From Octopus bimaculoides (Eukaryota), in contig NC_068983.1 of NCBI RefSeq assembly GCF_001194135.2, positions 11,517,035 to 11,581,034 of the forward strand: DNA of 64,000 bases, read 5' to 3'. Numbering within the stretch: position 1 is the stretch's first letter; each line of letters starts with the position of its first letter. Positions 63,467 to 64,000 of the stretch are shown here, piece after piece. The notes beneath the pieces were generated by a model that saw only the letters and a program-made list of their open reading frames with translations, was not told where the DNA came from and did not search any database. A program made the position numbers and the translations under genes.

Positions 63467-63529
63467 TTGCTTTGAAGCTTCCTTCCCATTCTTTTGACCT
63501 GCGCTTTTGCCTCGGCCTTTCCAGACAAA
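63467..63529 (-). CDS. Candidate 63-nt upstream cassette exon of RIM
   Basis: ttataatttctag acceptor with ctgat branch-like motif, CAA|gtgggt donor, 30/63 GC in very AT-rich flanks, all three frames open. Confidence 0.6.
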
Positions 63530-64000
63530 CTAGAAATTATAAAACAATATCAGTGATAACACTGTGTCAATAAATGTGAAGAACAATTTTGTAAGCAAAT
63601 GCAGATAAAAAAAGTTGTAAAAACAAATTTTATAGTAATGTTATAAATAAAATAATGTAAACATGAACACATGTGATGTAACCCCTCTGAAATGACAGCA
63701 ATTGACTATAAATCACTATTGTTTTACAGGAAAAAATAAATACTTGCCCTTGATTATTCAGTATTAAAAAAAAAAATTCAATATTACAGTTTTATTCATA
63801 TCAAAGAATAGTAAAATTTTAAGTGGTAACCTGGCTTACATAAACAGTAGTACCTATGTGCTTAATACACGCACACATGCTCACATACACATTTTTTTTT
63901 TTTATATATGTATATATACCTTCAAGTTGTACTTGCTTAGCAAATGGTATATTGGAACTAAGACAGTTACAACATGGAAGAGTCATGTTAACAATTTAAG

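Overview
AT-rich, repeat-dense animal genomic DNA with 7 assembly gaps. The SINE families and microsatellite load look like an octopod cephalopod, probably Octopus (inference). The window lies inside one minus-strand gene, a RIM/unc-10 (RIMS1/2-like) presynaptic active-zone scaffold. I reconstructed 13 phase-consistent exons between 21096 and 154 (1704 nt). They encode most of the PDZ domain, the complete C2A domain, the SDSD acidic motif, the RQLPxIP RIM-BP-binding motif and a His/Arg-rich linker, and they include a 27-nt microexon. The C2B exons lie beyond the left edge. The stretch 21097-63466 is essentially intronic, with a likely 63-nt cassette exon at 63467-63529 and a CpG-rich candidate alternative first exon at 44290-44397. 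Introns hold four SINE families, RTE, CR1, R4/Dong and Penelope-like remnants, and mariner, pogo/Tigger and hAT elements. The most notable observations are: a TSD-flanked 5'-inverted (twin-priming-type) RTE insertion; inverted SINE pairs bracketing the C2A exons (possible circRNA with a stop-free frame, and ADAR substrate); head-to-tail SINE stacks in (TAA)n arrays; a TSD-flanked chimeric SINE; and a 102-bp spacerless near-perfect palindrome. I found no clearly new multi-gene system. All family assignments are from recognition by eye, not database searches.
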